Source of the DNA: a bacterium | GTDB lineage: Bacteria; UBA8248 | DNA: 64,000 bases | NCBI GenBank assembly: GCA_965203325.1 | Contig: OZ241875.1 | Coordinates: 2,176,001-2,240,000 of the forward strand | Direction: 5' to 3' | Part shown: positions 23,653-33,403 of the stretch, piece after piece | Layout of the letters: each line of letters begins with the position of its first letter | How positions within the stretch are numbered: the first letter of the stretch is position 1 | Notes under the pieces: model-generated | Told to the model about the DNA's origin: nothing | Seen by the model: the letters and a program-made list of their open reading frames with translations, nothing else | Database searches by the model: none | Made by a program: the position numbers and the translations under genes

Positions 23653-25014
23653 TCATTTCGATGTGGGCGACCAGGCTGGCTCCTGCCCAGGTTGAAGACG
23701 CTTGAGTTGCGTGCCTGCGGATGTCATCACGTATACATATTTCCGGCCGCTCCGATCGGAGGAGAAGGCGATGTGCCGTCCATCGGGGGACCAGGTGGGT
23801 GATTCGTTGCGGCCCTGGCTGCCCGTTAGGCGGCGCACGTCCCTGCCGTCCGGGGTCATGGTGATGATGTCGATTTCCTTGCCCCGCTTGATGCGGCTCG
23901 TCAGGGCGATTCTGTCCCCCCGGGGACTCCACTCGGGTTCGGTATTGTATTTTCTCGTGTATTTTCCTTTGTACGTGATGCGCTTAGGGCCCGAGCCGTC
24001 CACGTTCATGACGTAAATGTGGGGATTTCCCGACCGGCTCGACGTAAAGGCGATTCTTTTGCCGTCCGGCGAGAACGTGGGAGACACGTCGATGCCGAAG
24101 CTCCGCGTGAGTCTCCTCTTCACGCGGGTGCGCAAATCGTAGCGGAATATCTCATAGTTTCGCCCCACGAGTTCGGCAAAGGCGAAATAGCGTGAATTTG
24201 GAGAAAAGGCGCCTCCGATGGCTTGCGCGCGGGAAGAACTCACCTTGAACTCGCGCGCGCCGTTCGTGGGCAGCAGAAACACGCCGGGCGGCCTGGATTT
24301 GAACGAAGAATACGCCATCCATCTTCCGTCCGGAGACCACGCGGGCGTGTTGTTCCCCATACCGTTGCGCGTCACGCGCCTGAGTTCGGCGCCGTCCCAG
24401 TCCATGATGTAAATCTCTCCGCGCTCTTTGAGCGAACGCCGCGAGACGAATGCGATTTGTGTGTCGAACACTCCCTTCTCGCCCGTGAAGTGCTCGACCA
24501 CCGCGTTGGCGAACCGGTGGGCCAGCAAGCGCCACCCGCTCTTCGGGTAGCGGTACCGCTTGCCCAACTCCTGGGCGGCGCTTTGCGTATCGTACAGATA
24601 GACCTCCGCGGTGATGGTCTTTCCCGAAATGGTGTAGCCGCCCTTGATGAGGGCATCCACCTTGATGACCTTGCTCCAGTCGGAGAAGCGCTGCTCGTCC
24701 CTTCGAATCCCCGCGCGCATGGGGTTTTCCAGATAGCCTTTGCGGTTGGGGATAAAGAACAGGCCGCTGCGCTCGAGATCGGATTCGATGACTTGCGCTA
24801 TCTTAAGACCCAGCGGGTCGCGCCCGGTCTCGAGGGGACGAAACTCGGGGATAGCCAATCGAATTTTTCTGGCCGTGGGGGAATAGATGTCGATGAACTC
24901 GCGCGCGGCTTCCGCAGCTTGAGGCCATGAGAAAACCATGACGATGAGAAAAACCGCCCAATGAAGCATGGGGCCTTCACGCCTGTTCAATCTGGTTTGA
25001 ATTTTTTCTCGCAT
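23653..25014 (-). CDS. tolB: Tol-Pal beta-propeller protein TolB
   Basis: DLERSGLF, AHRFAN..VEHFTGEKGVF, repeated P.WSPDG motifs; start overlaps the tolA stop. Confidence 0.93.
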   Translation of the reverse strand: MREKIQTRLNRREGPMLHWAVFLIVMVFSWPQAAEAAREFIDIYSPTARKIRLAIPEFRPLETGRDPLGLKIAQVIESDLERSGLFFIPNRKGYLENPMRAGIRRDEQRFSDWSKVIKVDALIKGGYTISGKTITAEVYLYDTQSAAQELGKRYRYPKSGWRLLAHRFANAVVEHFTGEKGVFDTQIAFVSRRSLKERGEIYIMDWDGAELRRVTRNGMGNNTPAWSPDGRWMAYSSFKSRPPGVFLLPTNGAREFKVSSSRAQAIGGAFSPNSRYFAFAELVGRNYEIFRYDLRTRVKRRLTRSFGIDVSPTFSPDGKRIAFTSSRSGNPHIYVMNVDGSGPKRITYKGKYTRKYNTEPEWSPRGDRIALTSRIKRGKEIDIITMTPDGRDVRRLTGSQGRNESPTWSPDGRHIAFSSDRSGRKYVYVMTSAGTQLKRLQPGQEPAWSPTSK

Positions 25015-26078
25015 CAACGGCAAAAATCCTCTCCGCAGAATCGAAAGCCAAGCAAAAGCCATTTTTCCTTGATCGTATCGGGCGGCTTGGGCAAAGAGGG
25101 TTCGGCGGCCCGCTGCACGGCGCGCAGCGCCGCCTGATCGTAAATGTGGTTCCCGCTGTAGCGCACGACCCGCAAATTGCGATAATTCCCTTGCCTGTCT
25201 ACGTCAATCGTGACGTCGGTCTTGAGTCGGCCCAAATCCGAAATGCCGGGCGGCACCGTCCAGAGACCCCGAATGCGCTCCGCCAGAAGCCCATAGTATC
25301 TCTCCTTTTCGGTTCGCGCGACGCCGCCGCTGCCGCCCGCGCGGCTGCCGCCGCCCTGGCCGTCGCCTCCCCCCTCGCCGGCGTATCCCTTACGAGGCGC
25401 CCGGCGCTTGGGCGCGCGGTCCGCCTTCGCCTGGCGATCATCGCTCAGCCAATCATCGCGGGGACGCTTTTTCTTTTTAGCCGGTTTGTCCTTTTCGTTT
25501 TTCTTGAAACGCGAACGCCAGCGCCTGGCGCGTTCCCTCCGATCGCGTATCCGCTTGAGGCGCGCCTCGCGAACGGGGTCGCGCTTTTTCTTTTTCCGAA
25601 CGACCTTTTTGTTATTCTTTTCTTTCCCGGTACTGATTCGCCGAACATTCTTGGCGGGTTTCTTTTTCTTCTTGACGACCTTCTTTTTCTTCACCTTGGC
25701 GGGCACGGTTTTTTTCTTCGGCGCCGCTATCTTCCTCGTCCCCTCGTCCGGTCCTTTTCGAGGGATGGGCGCTTCGATGTCTTCGAGCCGATCGCCGGAT
25801 TTTCCCCGCGCCGAACCACCCGGGATTTCATCCGCCCCCACCAGGCTGACGGCCGTTCCGCTTCCGAAAAACCGGTATTTCGGCTGAGAGGGCGCCAGGC
25901 TCACCCAAACGAAGAGCGAGGCGTGCAAAACAACGGAAGCCGCCAGCGCCCTGAGAAACCGGCGGTCGCGGAACAACCCGCCCTGCTTGCCGTTTGCGCC
26001 CCGAAGGCTCGCACCCGAGCGGGGTGAGCGTCCGCCGGAGGAACTGGTATCTTGCGGGAATTTCGGTTTTTTATTCAT
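25014..26078 (-). CDS. tolA: TolA/TonB-like energy transducer
   Basis: N-terminal TM with SVVLH motif, Lys/Arg-rich linker, C-terminal TonB_2-like domain (SGN..YDQAALRAV); position between tolR and tolB. Confidence 0.8.
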   Translation of the reverse strand: MNKKPKFPQDTSSSGGRSPRSGASLRGANGKQGGLFRDRRFLRALAASVVLHASLFVWVSLAPSQPKYRFFGSGTAVSLVGADEIPGGSARGKSGDRLEDIEAPIPRKGPDEGTRKIAAPKKKTVPAKVKKKKVVKKKKKPAKNVRRISTGKEKNNKKVVRKKKKRDPVREARLKRIRDRRERARRWRSRFKKNEKDKPAKKKKRPRDDWLSDDRQAKADRAPKRRAPRKGYAGEGGGDGQGGGSRAGGSGGVARTEKERYYGLLAERIRGLWTVPPGISDLGRLKTDVTIDVDRQGNYRNLRVVRYSGNHIYDQAALRAVQRAAEPSLPKPPDTIKEKWLLLGFRFCGEDFCR

Positions 26079-26093
26079 GGGGCCACCGACTTC

Positions 26094-26534
26094 TCAGCGT
26101 CTGCGCCGCCCGCCCCGAGCGGACTCCAGGGGATCGGTCACCATGTTGAGGCGGTTGATGCCCGCCGCGCGAATGATGGCCATGACCTCGACCACCTCCC
26201 CGTAAGGAACCGCGCGATCCGCCCTGAGAAAGATTTCCTTGCGCCTCCTGTCTTTGAAGAGCACCGTGAGCTTCTCCTTCAACTCGGCGGCGACCAGCGG
26301 GTTATCATTTATATACATGTCGCGTTTTTTGTCCAACGTGATGACGACGGCATCCTCGGCCACGTTCGCCTTCGCCGCCTGCACCTGCGGCAAATCCACG
26401 TTCACGGCCTGGTTCTGCGTTTCGAGCAGAGGCGCCGTGACCATAAAAATCACCAACAACACCAGCATCACGTCCACGAGCGGCGTGACGTTGATGTCCG
26501 AGATGCTCGAACCACGGTTCAGTTTAACGGCCAC
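26094..26534 (-). CDS. tolR: TolR/ExbD
   Basis: INVTPLVDVMLVLLVIFM, LRADRAVPYG. Confidence 0.93.
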   Translation of the reverse strand: MAVKLNRGSSISDINVTPLVDVMLVLLVIFMVTAPLLETQNQAVNVDLPQVQAAKANVAEDAVVITLDKKRDMYINDNPLVAAELKEKLTVLFKDRRRKEIFLRADRAVPYGEVVEVMAIIRAAGINRLNMVTDPLESARGGRRRR

Positions 26535-26549
26535 GGGAAGCTCCGCTCG

Positions 26550-27239
26550 TCATAAACGCATGAAATGGCGGTCGACCAGATTGAGGAAATCCGCCGTAAA
26601 GTTTTCGATTTCATCCGCGATCACCTTCACGCGGCCCTGGTAGTGATTATAGGCGATCACGGCGGGAATGGCCGCCAGCAGCCCGAGCGCCGTGGCGATG
26701 AGCGCCTCGCTGATGCCCGGCGCAACGACGGCGAGCCCGGCGGAACCCCGGGCGCCGATTTCGCGAAACGAATTCATGATGCCCCACACCGTGCCGAAGA
26801 GCCCGATGAACGGTGTGGCGCTCGCCGTGGTGGCCAGAAAGGTCAGCATGCGCTCGAGCCTGCTCACCTGCTCGTTCGCCGCGCGCCTCAGCGCGCGCTC
26901 GACGCTCTCGACCCCCGTCATTTCCGAGGTGAGAACGCTCGAATCTTCCTCCCCTTCGCGAGAGCGCGTCTTCAGCACCTGTTCGGCTTCCTGATAGCCC
27001 GCGGCGAACACCTCGCCCACCGGACTGCCCTCGTGCTCGGCAAGCTCCGCATACAGCCTGTCGAGTCGCTTGGAGCGCCAGAACGCATCGACGAACATCG
27101 CCGAGCGCCGCCGCGCTCCTCTAAGCTCCCAAAATTTCCAGATGATGATGGCCCACGAAGAGAGCGAGAAAAACACGAGCACCAGCAAAACGAAAAACAC
27201 CATGCCGCCCGATTGGGTGGCGAGGGTGATGACGTCCAT
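26550..27239 (-). CDS. tolQ: TolQ/ExbB proton channel
   Basis: PFIGLFGTVWGIM, VAPGISEALIATA; start at MDVITL after GAGGA. Confidence 0.93.
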   Translation of the reverse strand: MDVITLATQSGGMVFFVLLVLVFFSLSSWAIIIWKFWELRGARRRSAMFVDAFWRSKRLDRLYAELAEHEGSPVGEVFAAGYQEAEQVLKTRSREGEEDSSVLTSEMTGVESVERALRRAANEQVSRLERMLTFLATTASATPFIGLFGTVWGIMNSFREIGARGSAGLAVVAPGISEALIATALGLLAAIPAVIAYNHYQGRVKVIADEIENFTADFLNLVDRHFMRL

Positions 27240-27392
27240 TTCCTCTTGAAGCGGTGCAAGTGGCGCGGAATCGCCCGTCGGCAACGCGGCCGCGGCCAAA
27301 AAAGGGGGCAAGTCTGTTCTCCTTCCGGGCGGAGCATGCAGTATCGCCCCTTTCACCGGTACGCGTCAATGCAAAGAAGTCGATGCAAATCG

Positions 27393-27422
27393 TTGACATC
27401 TCCTTGAAAGGCTGGTGATAAT
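27393..27422 (+). promoter_or_regulatory. Putative sigma70 promoter of the M20/slt/anmK operon
   Basis: TTGACA 27393-27398, 18-bp spacer, GATAAT 27417-27422. Confidence 0.5.
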
Positions 27423-27456
27423 GAGCCTCCCGCCCGCCCCTGGAGGCGTAGCCTGA

Positions 27457-28641
27457 GTGGATATTCACGAGGCAAAAACCGCCATTTCGAAGCTGATCGA
27501 CGATGAGGCGGATGCGCTGTGGGCGCTTTCTCTCGCGATTCACGCAGACCCTGAACTCAGCCTCGAAGAACACCGCGCGGCCGAGCGGCTTTGCGCCTAT
27601 CTCGAGGAAAACGGATTCGCCCTCACGCGCGGCGTGGCGAACCTCCCCACCGCGTTTCGCGCCGACAGGCCCGCCGCGGATGAGAAGAAACCCTCCGTTT
27701 CGTTTCTCTCGGAATACGACGCGCTGCCCGGCCTCGGGCATGCCTGCGCGCACAACGTCATCGGGGTCGCCAGCGCTGCCGCCGGCGTGGCGCTCAGAAA
27801 AGCGCTCGGCCCCGAATACGGAGGCGTCACCGTTTTCGGCACGCCCGGAGAGGAAGGCGGCGGCGGCAAGGTGCTGATGGCGCAGGTCGGCATGTTCCGG
27901 GATGTGGACGCCGCCATGATGATCCACCCATCGGACAAGACCAGGGCCGATGTCGATTTTCTCGCGCTCTCAGAGCTTCGCTTTCACTTCAGGGGACGCA
28001 CCGCCCACGCCTCCGCAGCACCCGACCTGGGCGTCAACGCGCTCGACGCCGTCATCGCCACGTTTGGCGCCGTCTCCTTGCTCCGCCAGCAACTGCCCAG
28101 CGGCGACCGCGTGCACGGCGTAATCACCGAGGGCGGGGAGGCGCCCAACATCATCCCCGACAAAGCCTCCGCGTGGTTTTTCGTGAGGAGCAAAACGATG
28201 GAGGGACTCGATGCTCTGGCGCCGCGGGTCATCGCCTGCGCGGAAGGCGCCGCCCTGGCCACGGGAACGGAACTCGAGACGGAGAAAAACCCCATCATCT
28301 ACGCCCCCATGCGGGTCAACCCGCCTCTGGCGTCGTTGTTCCTGAACAACCTGAATCTTCTCGGCGTTGTCGAGCCCGACTCCCCGCCGCCCCTGCGGAT
28401 GGGATCCTCCGACGTGGGGAACGTCAGCCAGCAGACGCCCACCATTCATCCGCAAATCCAGATGGTCCCATCGGGCGTTTCCGCGCACACGCCGGAGTTC
28501 GCCGAAGCATCCGGCGGAGCGGAGGGCAGGCGCGTCATGCTCACAGGCGCCAAGGCGCTGGCGATGACGGGGGTGGACTTTCTTCTCGACGAAGGGGCGC
28601 GCCGGGCCGTTCAGGCCGAATTCGCGCGCCGGGGGGAGTAA
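27457..28641 (+). CDS. M20 amidohydrolase (ACY1L2/AbgB-like)
   Basis: EYDALPGLGHAC.HN, GTPGEEGGGGK, AHASAAP..GVNALDA, GSSDVGNVS. Confidence 0.9.
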   Translation: MDIHEAKTAISKLIDDEADALWALSLAIHADPELSLEEHRAAERLCAYLEENGFALTRGVANLPTAFRADRPAADEKKPSVSFLSEYDALPGLGHACAHNVIGVASAAAGVALRKALGPEYGGVTVFGTPGEEGGGGKVLMAQVGMFRDVDAAMMIHPSDKTRADVDFLALSELRFHFRGRTAHASAAPDLGVNALDAVIATFGAVSLLRQQLPSGDRVHGVITEGGEAPNIIPDKASAWFFVRSKTMEGLDALAPRVIACAEGAALATGTELETEKNPIIYAPMRVNPPLASLFLNNLNLLGVVEPDSPPPLRMGSSDVGNVSQQTPTIHPQIQMVPSGVSAHTPEFAEASGGAEGRRVMLTGAKALAMTGVDFLLDEGARRAVQAEFARRGE

Positions 28642-28664
28642 AAATCAAAAAACTGAAAATCGAC

Positions 28665-30923
28665 ATGAAGCCACGAGCCTGCATTATCGCCACTATCGGC
28701 ATCCTTCTATTTTCGACTAGCGCATGGCCCGCACCGAAAACGCCGCCACTATCCACGAGCAAGCCGAGCACCGCGCCCGCAACAAAACCATCGCTCGAAA
28801 AAAAAGCCGTTCGCCCGCCTCTGCCCACCCGAATCGAAAATCTCCTGGCCAAGGAGCGATACAAGGAACTCATCCGCACCCTGCGCCGGGAAAAAACGGA
28901 CCTGGCCGGCAGGCGTTCTTTTTTGCTGGGCCACGCCCATTTGAAACTCAAGCAGTATCGTCCGGCAATCAAATCTTTACAGAAATCGCTCGATCAGATT
29001 CCCGCGCTCGAGAACTACGCGCTCTTGTTTCTGGCGAAAGCCGCGCTCGGCGCCAAGGATAACGCCATCGCCCGGCGCGCGCTCGAAAGACTGATCAAAA
29101 AAGGGAAAAAAGCGCCCGAGCCTCCTTTCGTCTACAAGGCGCTCGTCGACATACACCTCGAGGAAAAGCGTCCCCTGCGCGCAGCCAAGGTCGCCAAGCG
29201 CTACCTTCTCCTGTTCCCGAAAAGCCTGGAGGCGCCCGATCTTCTGCTCAGGCGCGCCAAAGCGCTCCGCGCCGCGCGGCGAAACCGCGAAGCCGCGCTC
29301 GCTTTTCGCAAATTGTGGCGTCGGCATCCCGAACACCCCGCCGCGCGCCGGGCGCTGCGACGCTCGACGCGAATCGGCGCCGCCCTCTCCCCGCCGCTCA
29401 AAAAACCGGGGCCCAGGGCCCACTACGAACGCGCCCGGCTCCTCAGGAAACGCTATCGCTTCGAAAAGGCATTGAAAGGGTTCGGGGACTTGAAGCGCCT
29501 GTTCCCGAAATTCTATCAACACACCAGCTCCCACAAGGGCGTCGTGTTCAACGAAGCGCTCACCCTTTTCTCCCTGCGCAAAACGAAACGGGCGGACCCC
29601 GCCCTCAGGCACGCCATCAGACATTACGCCGCAGGCAGCGCCAAGCGCGCGGAGGCGCGGTATTATCTGGCCAGAAACCACCTGCGCAAGAGAAATCAAC
29701 CCGCCTTCGAAAAACAGGCGCATCGCCTGCTCACCGAGACGCGAAAAGGGAAATGGGCGGCGAAGACGCGCTACCTCCTCGCCCGCGTATATGAGGACGA
29801 CCGCAATTTCAAAAAGTCCGCGCGCTATTACAAGGATGTGATCTCCAAACACCCGCGCTCACCTCTGGCGCCCAAGGCGCTGTTCCAACTCGCCTGGCTC
29901 CGCTTCCAGTCCGAAGACTACCGGGGGGCGCAGAAGGGATTCTCCAGGATGAGAGCCGCTTACCCCGGACACTGGCTTGTCTCATCCGCCACTTACTGGG
30001 CCGCCGCTTCGGCGGAAAAAACGGGGGACCGAAAAAGCGCTCTCGCCCATTACCGCGCCTGCGCCCGGGATCACCGCCACCGCTATTACGGACAACTCGC
30101 CCTGCGGGCCATCAGCCGTCTCGCGCGCGGGGGAGAATCCGGCGCGCCGAAGCCGCCCCCTCTGAGAAAGACCGGCTTCCGCAAATGGCTGCGGCCACCG
30201 CCCAAAAGCGCTCCGGTTCGCGAGGCGGCCGCGCTGCTCTCCTCCATGGGTTTTCACGAACTCGCCGCCAAGGAGTACCGCCGCCTCGGCTCATCGCCAT
30301 ATTCGCGCTACCAGGCGGCGCGCGCCTTCACGGCGGCGGGCCAGAGTCACCGCGCCATATACCTGATCAACGAATCCTTCTGGGATGCGGTGCGCGCGGG
30401 TGGCAGCGACCTGCCGAGGGAATTCTGGGAAACCGTATATCCGCTCGTCGTCAAACGCAGAGAACCCGGAGGAGCGAACCCCTACCTGGTGAACGCCGTC
30501 ATCCGGGCGGAGAGCGCCTTCGACACCCGCGCCATCTCCCCCGCCGGCGCCCGGGGGCTGATGCAGCTCATGCCCGCGACCGGGCGCAGGCTCGCGAGGA
30601 AGCACAAAGTCCGCATCAAGTCCGTGAGCGACCTGTTCGACCCCGAGATCAACACCCGCCTGGGCGCGAGGCACCTGGGCGAACTCATTCGCGAGTTCGG
30701 CGGCGCGCTCGTTCCCGCGATAGCGAGCTACAACGCGGGGCGCAGACCCGTCAAAAGCTGGTGGGCGGCCGGACGCAACAAGCCGATCGAAATTTTCATC
30801 GAGGAAATTCCCTACCAGGAAACGAAAAACTACGTCAAAAGGGTGTTGGGCTATTACCACGAGTATAAAAGGATCTACGGGGAGACGAAGCGCTCGAAAC
30901 AGGGGGGAACGCCCCCCTCATGA
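28665..30923 (+). CDS. Soluble lytic transglycosylase (Slt70-like, TPR + SLT domain)
   Basis: Signal peptide, TPR-like helices, IRAES, GARGLMQLMP.T, ASYNAG, IPYQETKNYV. Confidence 0.9.
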   Translation: MKPRACIIATIGILLFSTSAWPAPKTPPLSTSKPSTAPATKPSLEKKAVRPPLPTRIENLLAKERYKELIRTLRREKTDLAGRRSFLLGHAHLKLKQYRPAIKSLQKSLDQIPALENYALLFLAKAALGAKDNAIARRALERLIKKGKKAPEPPFVYKALVDIHLEEKRPLRAAKVAKRYLLLFPKSLEAPDLLLRRAKALRAARRNREAALAFRKLWRRHPEHPAARRALRRSTRIGAALSPPLKKPGPRAHYERARLLRKRYRFEKALKGFGDLKRLFPKFYQHTSSHKGVVFNEALTLFSLRKTKRADPALRHAIRHYAAGSAKRAEARYYLARNHLRKRNQPAFEKQAHRLLTETRKGKWAAKTRYLLARVYEDDRNFKKSARYYKDVISKHPRSPLAPKALFQLAWLRFQSEDYRGAQKGFSRMRAAYPGHWLVSSATYWAAASAEKTGDRKSALAHYRACARDHRHRYYGQLALRAISRLARGGESGAPKPPPLRKTGFRKWLRPPPKSAPVREAAALLSSMGFHELAAKEYRRLGSSPYSRYQAARAFTAAGQSHRAIYLINESFWDAVRAGGSDLPREFWETVYPLVVKRREPGGANPYLVNAVIRAESAFDTRAISPAGARGLMQLMPATGRRLARKHKVRIKSVSDLFDPEINTRLGARHLGELIREFGGALVPAIASYNAGRRPVKSWWAAGRNKPIEIFIEEIPYQETKNYVKRVLGYYHEYKRIYGETKRSKQGGTPPS

Positions 30924-32134
30924 ACGGCCCACGCCCCCTCCTGGCCATCGGCCTGATGTCGGGAACCTCCGCCGATGGCGTGGACGCCGCCCTGGTGCGG
31001 ATATTTCCCGGTGCGCGGACGCGAGTCGAAACCCTGGACTTTCACGCCCCTCCATATCCGAAAAGCCTGAGGGAACGGCTCCTGCTCGCCGGGGGCGAAG
31101 CGGGCGCCCTGACGGACGAGATATGCTCCCTGCACCGGGAGGTGGGCGAAGCCTTCGCCGCGGCCGCTTTTGAGGTCGCGTCACGCTCCGGCGCCCGGCT
31201 TGAAAAAATCGACTTCATCGGCAGCCACGGCCAGACGGTCCGCCATCTGCCCGAAGGCATGGCGGGAGTGCGCGGGCCGCTGCTTCCCTCCACCTTTCAG
31301 ATTGGCGACCCCACCTTCATCGCCCAGCGCACGGGGATCACCTGCGTCAGCGATTTCAGAGCGCGCGACGTGGCCGCCGGGGGCGCGGGCGCCCCCCTGA
31401 CCCCCTGGGCGCACCGGATTCTCTTCAGCCGGGAAAACGCCGCTTCCGCCTTCTTGAACCTGGGCGGCATCTCGAACGTCACCTATCTCCCTCCCGCGGG
31501 AGCAGAAGGTGTTTTCGGCTTCGATTGCGGACCGGCGAACATGGCGCTCGACGCTCTCACGGGGCGGATCACCAACGGCGAGAAAACCCATGATCAAGAC
31601 GGCGCTCTGGCGGCGGCCGGCCGCATATGCCCCGATACCCTGGCCGAACTCCGCCGGCACCCCTACCTCAAACGAAAACCGCCCAAAAGCACGGGCAGGG
31701 AAATGTTCGGGGAAGCGTTCATGGATGAAACCATAGAACGCATGGCTTCGCGCGGAGGGGACCTGAAAGACGCCATCGCCACGCTCACCGCCTTTTCCGC
31801 TTCGTGCGTCGCGGATGCGATTCGGGATTTCTTTCCAACCGACTCCCCGCTCGCCGAGGTGGTGGTCGGCGGCGGCGGCGTCCACAACAAGACCTTGATG
31901 CGCGGCCTGCGCGATGCCCTGGGCGATCTTCCCCTCGTCGAAAGCGACGCGCGAGGCGTTTCTCCGGACGCCGTCGAGGCGGTCTGTTTCGCCTTGCTGG
32001 CGTGGGGCACGCTGACCGGACAGACGAACAACCTGCCGAGCGTCACCGGTGCGAATAAGGCGGTATGCCTCGGGAACGTCACGCCGGGGCGGAATTTCGC
32101 TTCCCTGATGAGGAGGTTTCACAATTCCGAATGA
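30920..32134 (+). CDS. anmK: Anhydro-N-acetylmuramic acid kinase
   Basis: GLMSGTSADGVD, GSHGQT, DFRARDVAAGG.GAPL, NLGGISN, PPKSTGRE. Confidence 0.95.
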   Translation: MNGPRPLLAIGLMSGTSADGVDAALVRIFPGARTRVETLDFHAPPYPKSLRERLLLAGGEAGALTDEICSLHREVGEAFAAAAFEVASRSGARLEKIDFIGSHGQTVRHLPEGMAGVRGPLLPSTFQIGDPTFIAQRTGITCVSDFRARDVAAGGAGAPLTPWAHRILFSRENAASAFLNLGGISNVTYLPPAGAEGVFGFDCGPANMALDALTGRITNGEKTHDQDGALAAAGRICPDTLAELRRHPYLKRKPPKSTGREMFGEAFMDETIERMASRGGDLKDAIATLTAFSASCVADAIRDFFPTDSPLAEVVVGGGGVHNKTLMRGLRDALGDLPLVESDARGVSPDAVEAVCFALLAWGTLTGQTNNLPSVTGANKAVCLGNVTPGRNFASLMRRFHNSE

Positions 32135-32206
32135 GGCGGCGCATACCCAAACAACTCAAGATGCGGCATCATTCCCTCTCGATTCTCAAACCTCAGGAGA
32201 AATAAC

Positions 32207-33394
32207 GTGGATGCGGCCATCGAGGCGCAAGCCGTCTCGCTCACCAAGGAGTTGATCGCGATTCCGAGCGAAAACCCCACGGGCGATGAGTTCGCCATGG
32301 CGGACCGGATGGAGGCGTTTTTCCGGGCCGTCGGCCTTGAAGCGAAGCGCGAGCGCGTCTCCGAAAGGCGGGAGAACGTGACCGCGGAGATCACCGGCTC
32401 GGGAGGCGGCCCCGCCCTCGTCTTTCTCAATCACATGGATACCGTGCCGGCCGGCGAAGGGTGGTCGCGCGACCCGTTTCTCGCCGCCGAAGAAGACGGG
32501 AAAATCTGGGGCCGGGGAAGCTGCGACATGAAAGGCGGCATCGCTGCGAGTCTCGCGGCAGTGGAGAACCTAAAAATACGAATCGACGGCGGCGCAAAGG
32601 CCAAAGGCACGGTTCGCTGCTGCATGGTGGTGGATGAGGAAAGCGGCCGCATGACCGGCACGGAGGCGGCCATCGCGAGCGGACACATCCATGCGGACGA
32701 CATCGTGATTTCCTGCGAGCCGACCGAACTCACCCTGGTGACGGCGCAAAAAGGCGCCATGTGGTTCGAACTCATCTTCAGTGGAAAAAGCGCCCACGCC
32801 GCGGCGCCTCACATGGGCGCAGACGCGATTCACGCCGCATCCCACGCCGTGGTGGCGCTTCAGGAGGCGGTGGCGCAAATCCCCTACGAAGATCCCCTGC
32901 TGGGGCGATGCACCATGGTCACGAGCATGATCGAAGGAGGCCACAAGACCAACGTGGTCTCCGAGAGATGCGCGCTGCAGATAGACTCGCGTTTCGTCCC
33001 TCCCCTGCGGACAGCCGACATCCAGGGGATCATTCACGAGAAAGCCGCCGGGGCCTGCGCACAAGTGAGCGGGGTCGAATTCTCGCTTCGCGCCACCATT
33101 GCGGACCGTCCGCCCGTGACGGCGGACACCGACAGCGCCGGCGCGAGACTCATTTTCGAGACTTTGGAAGAAGTCCTGGGCGCAGCGCCCAAGCCTGCGG
33201 GGGTGAGCTATTATTCGGACGCGGGCATGGCCGCGGCCCAAACCGGGAGCCGAAACTGCTTTCTCCTGGGACCGGGAAACATCGAGCAAGCCCACACGCC
33301 CGACGAGTTCATCGAAGTCGATTCGCTGAAAAAAGCCGCGCGCGTCTACGGCAGGCTGCTCGAGAAATTCGCGCTGGACGAAAACGCGCCGTAA
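32207..33394 (+). CDS. M20 ArgE/DapE-family deacylase
   Basis: HMDTVP, GRGSCDMKGG, DEE, EPT, GPG.IEQAH.PDE. Confidence 0.9.
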   Translation: MDAAIEAQAVSLTKELIAIPSENPTGDEFAMADRMEAFFRAVGLEAKRERVSERRENVTAEITGSGGGPALVFLNHMDTVPAGEGWSRDPFLAAEEDGKIWGRGSCDMKGGIAASLAAVENLKIRIDGGAKAKGTVRCCMVVDEESGRMTGTEAAIASGHIHADDIVISCEPTELTLVTAQKGAMWFELIFSGKSAHAAAPHMGADAIHAASHAVVALQEAVAQIPYEDPLLGRCTMVTSMIEGGHKTNVVSERCALQIDSRFVPPLRTADIQGIIHEKAAGACAQVSGVEFSLRATIADRPPVTADTDSAGARLIFETLEEVLGAAPKPAGVSYYSDAGMAAAQTGSRNCFLLGPGNIEQAHTPDEFIEVDSLKKAARVYGRLLEKFALDENAP

Positions 33395-33403
33395 ATATCG
33401 GCA

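Noticed and set aside
28173..28664. N-terminal extension making a 916-aa Slt ORF
   Set aside because: It overlaps the M20 gene in another frame; the signal peptide begins at ATG 28665.
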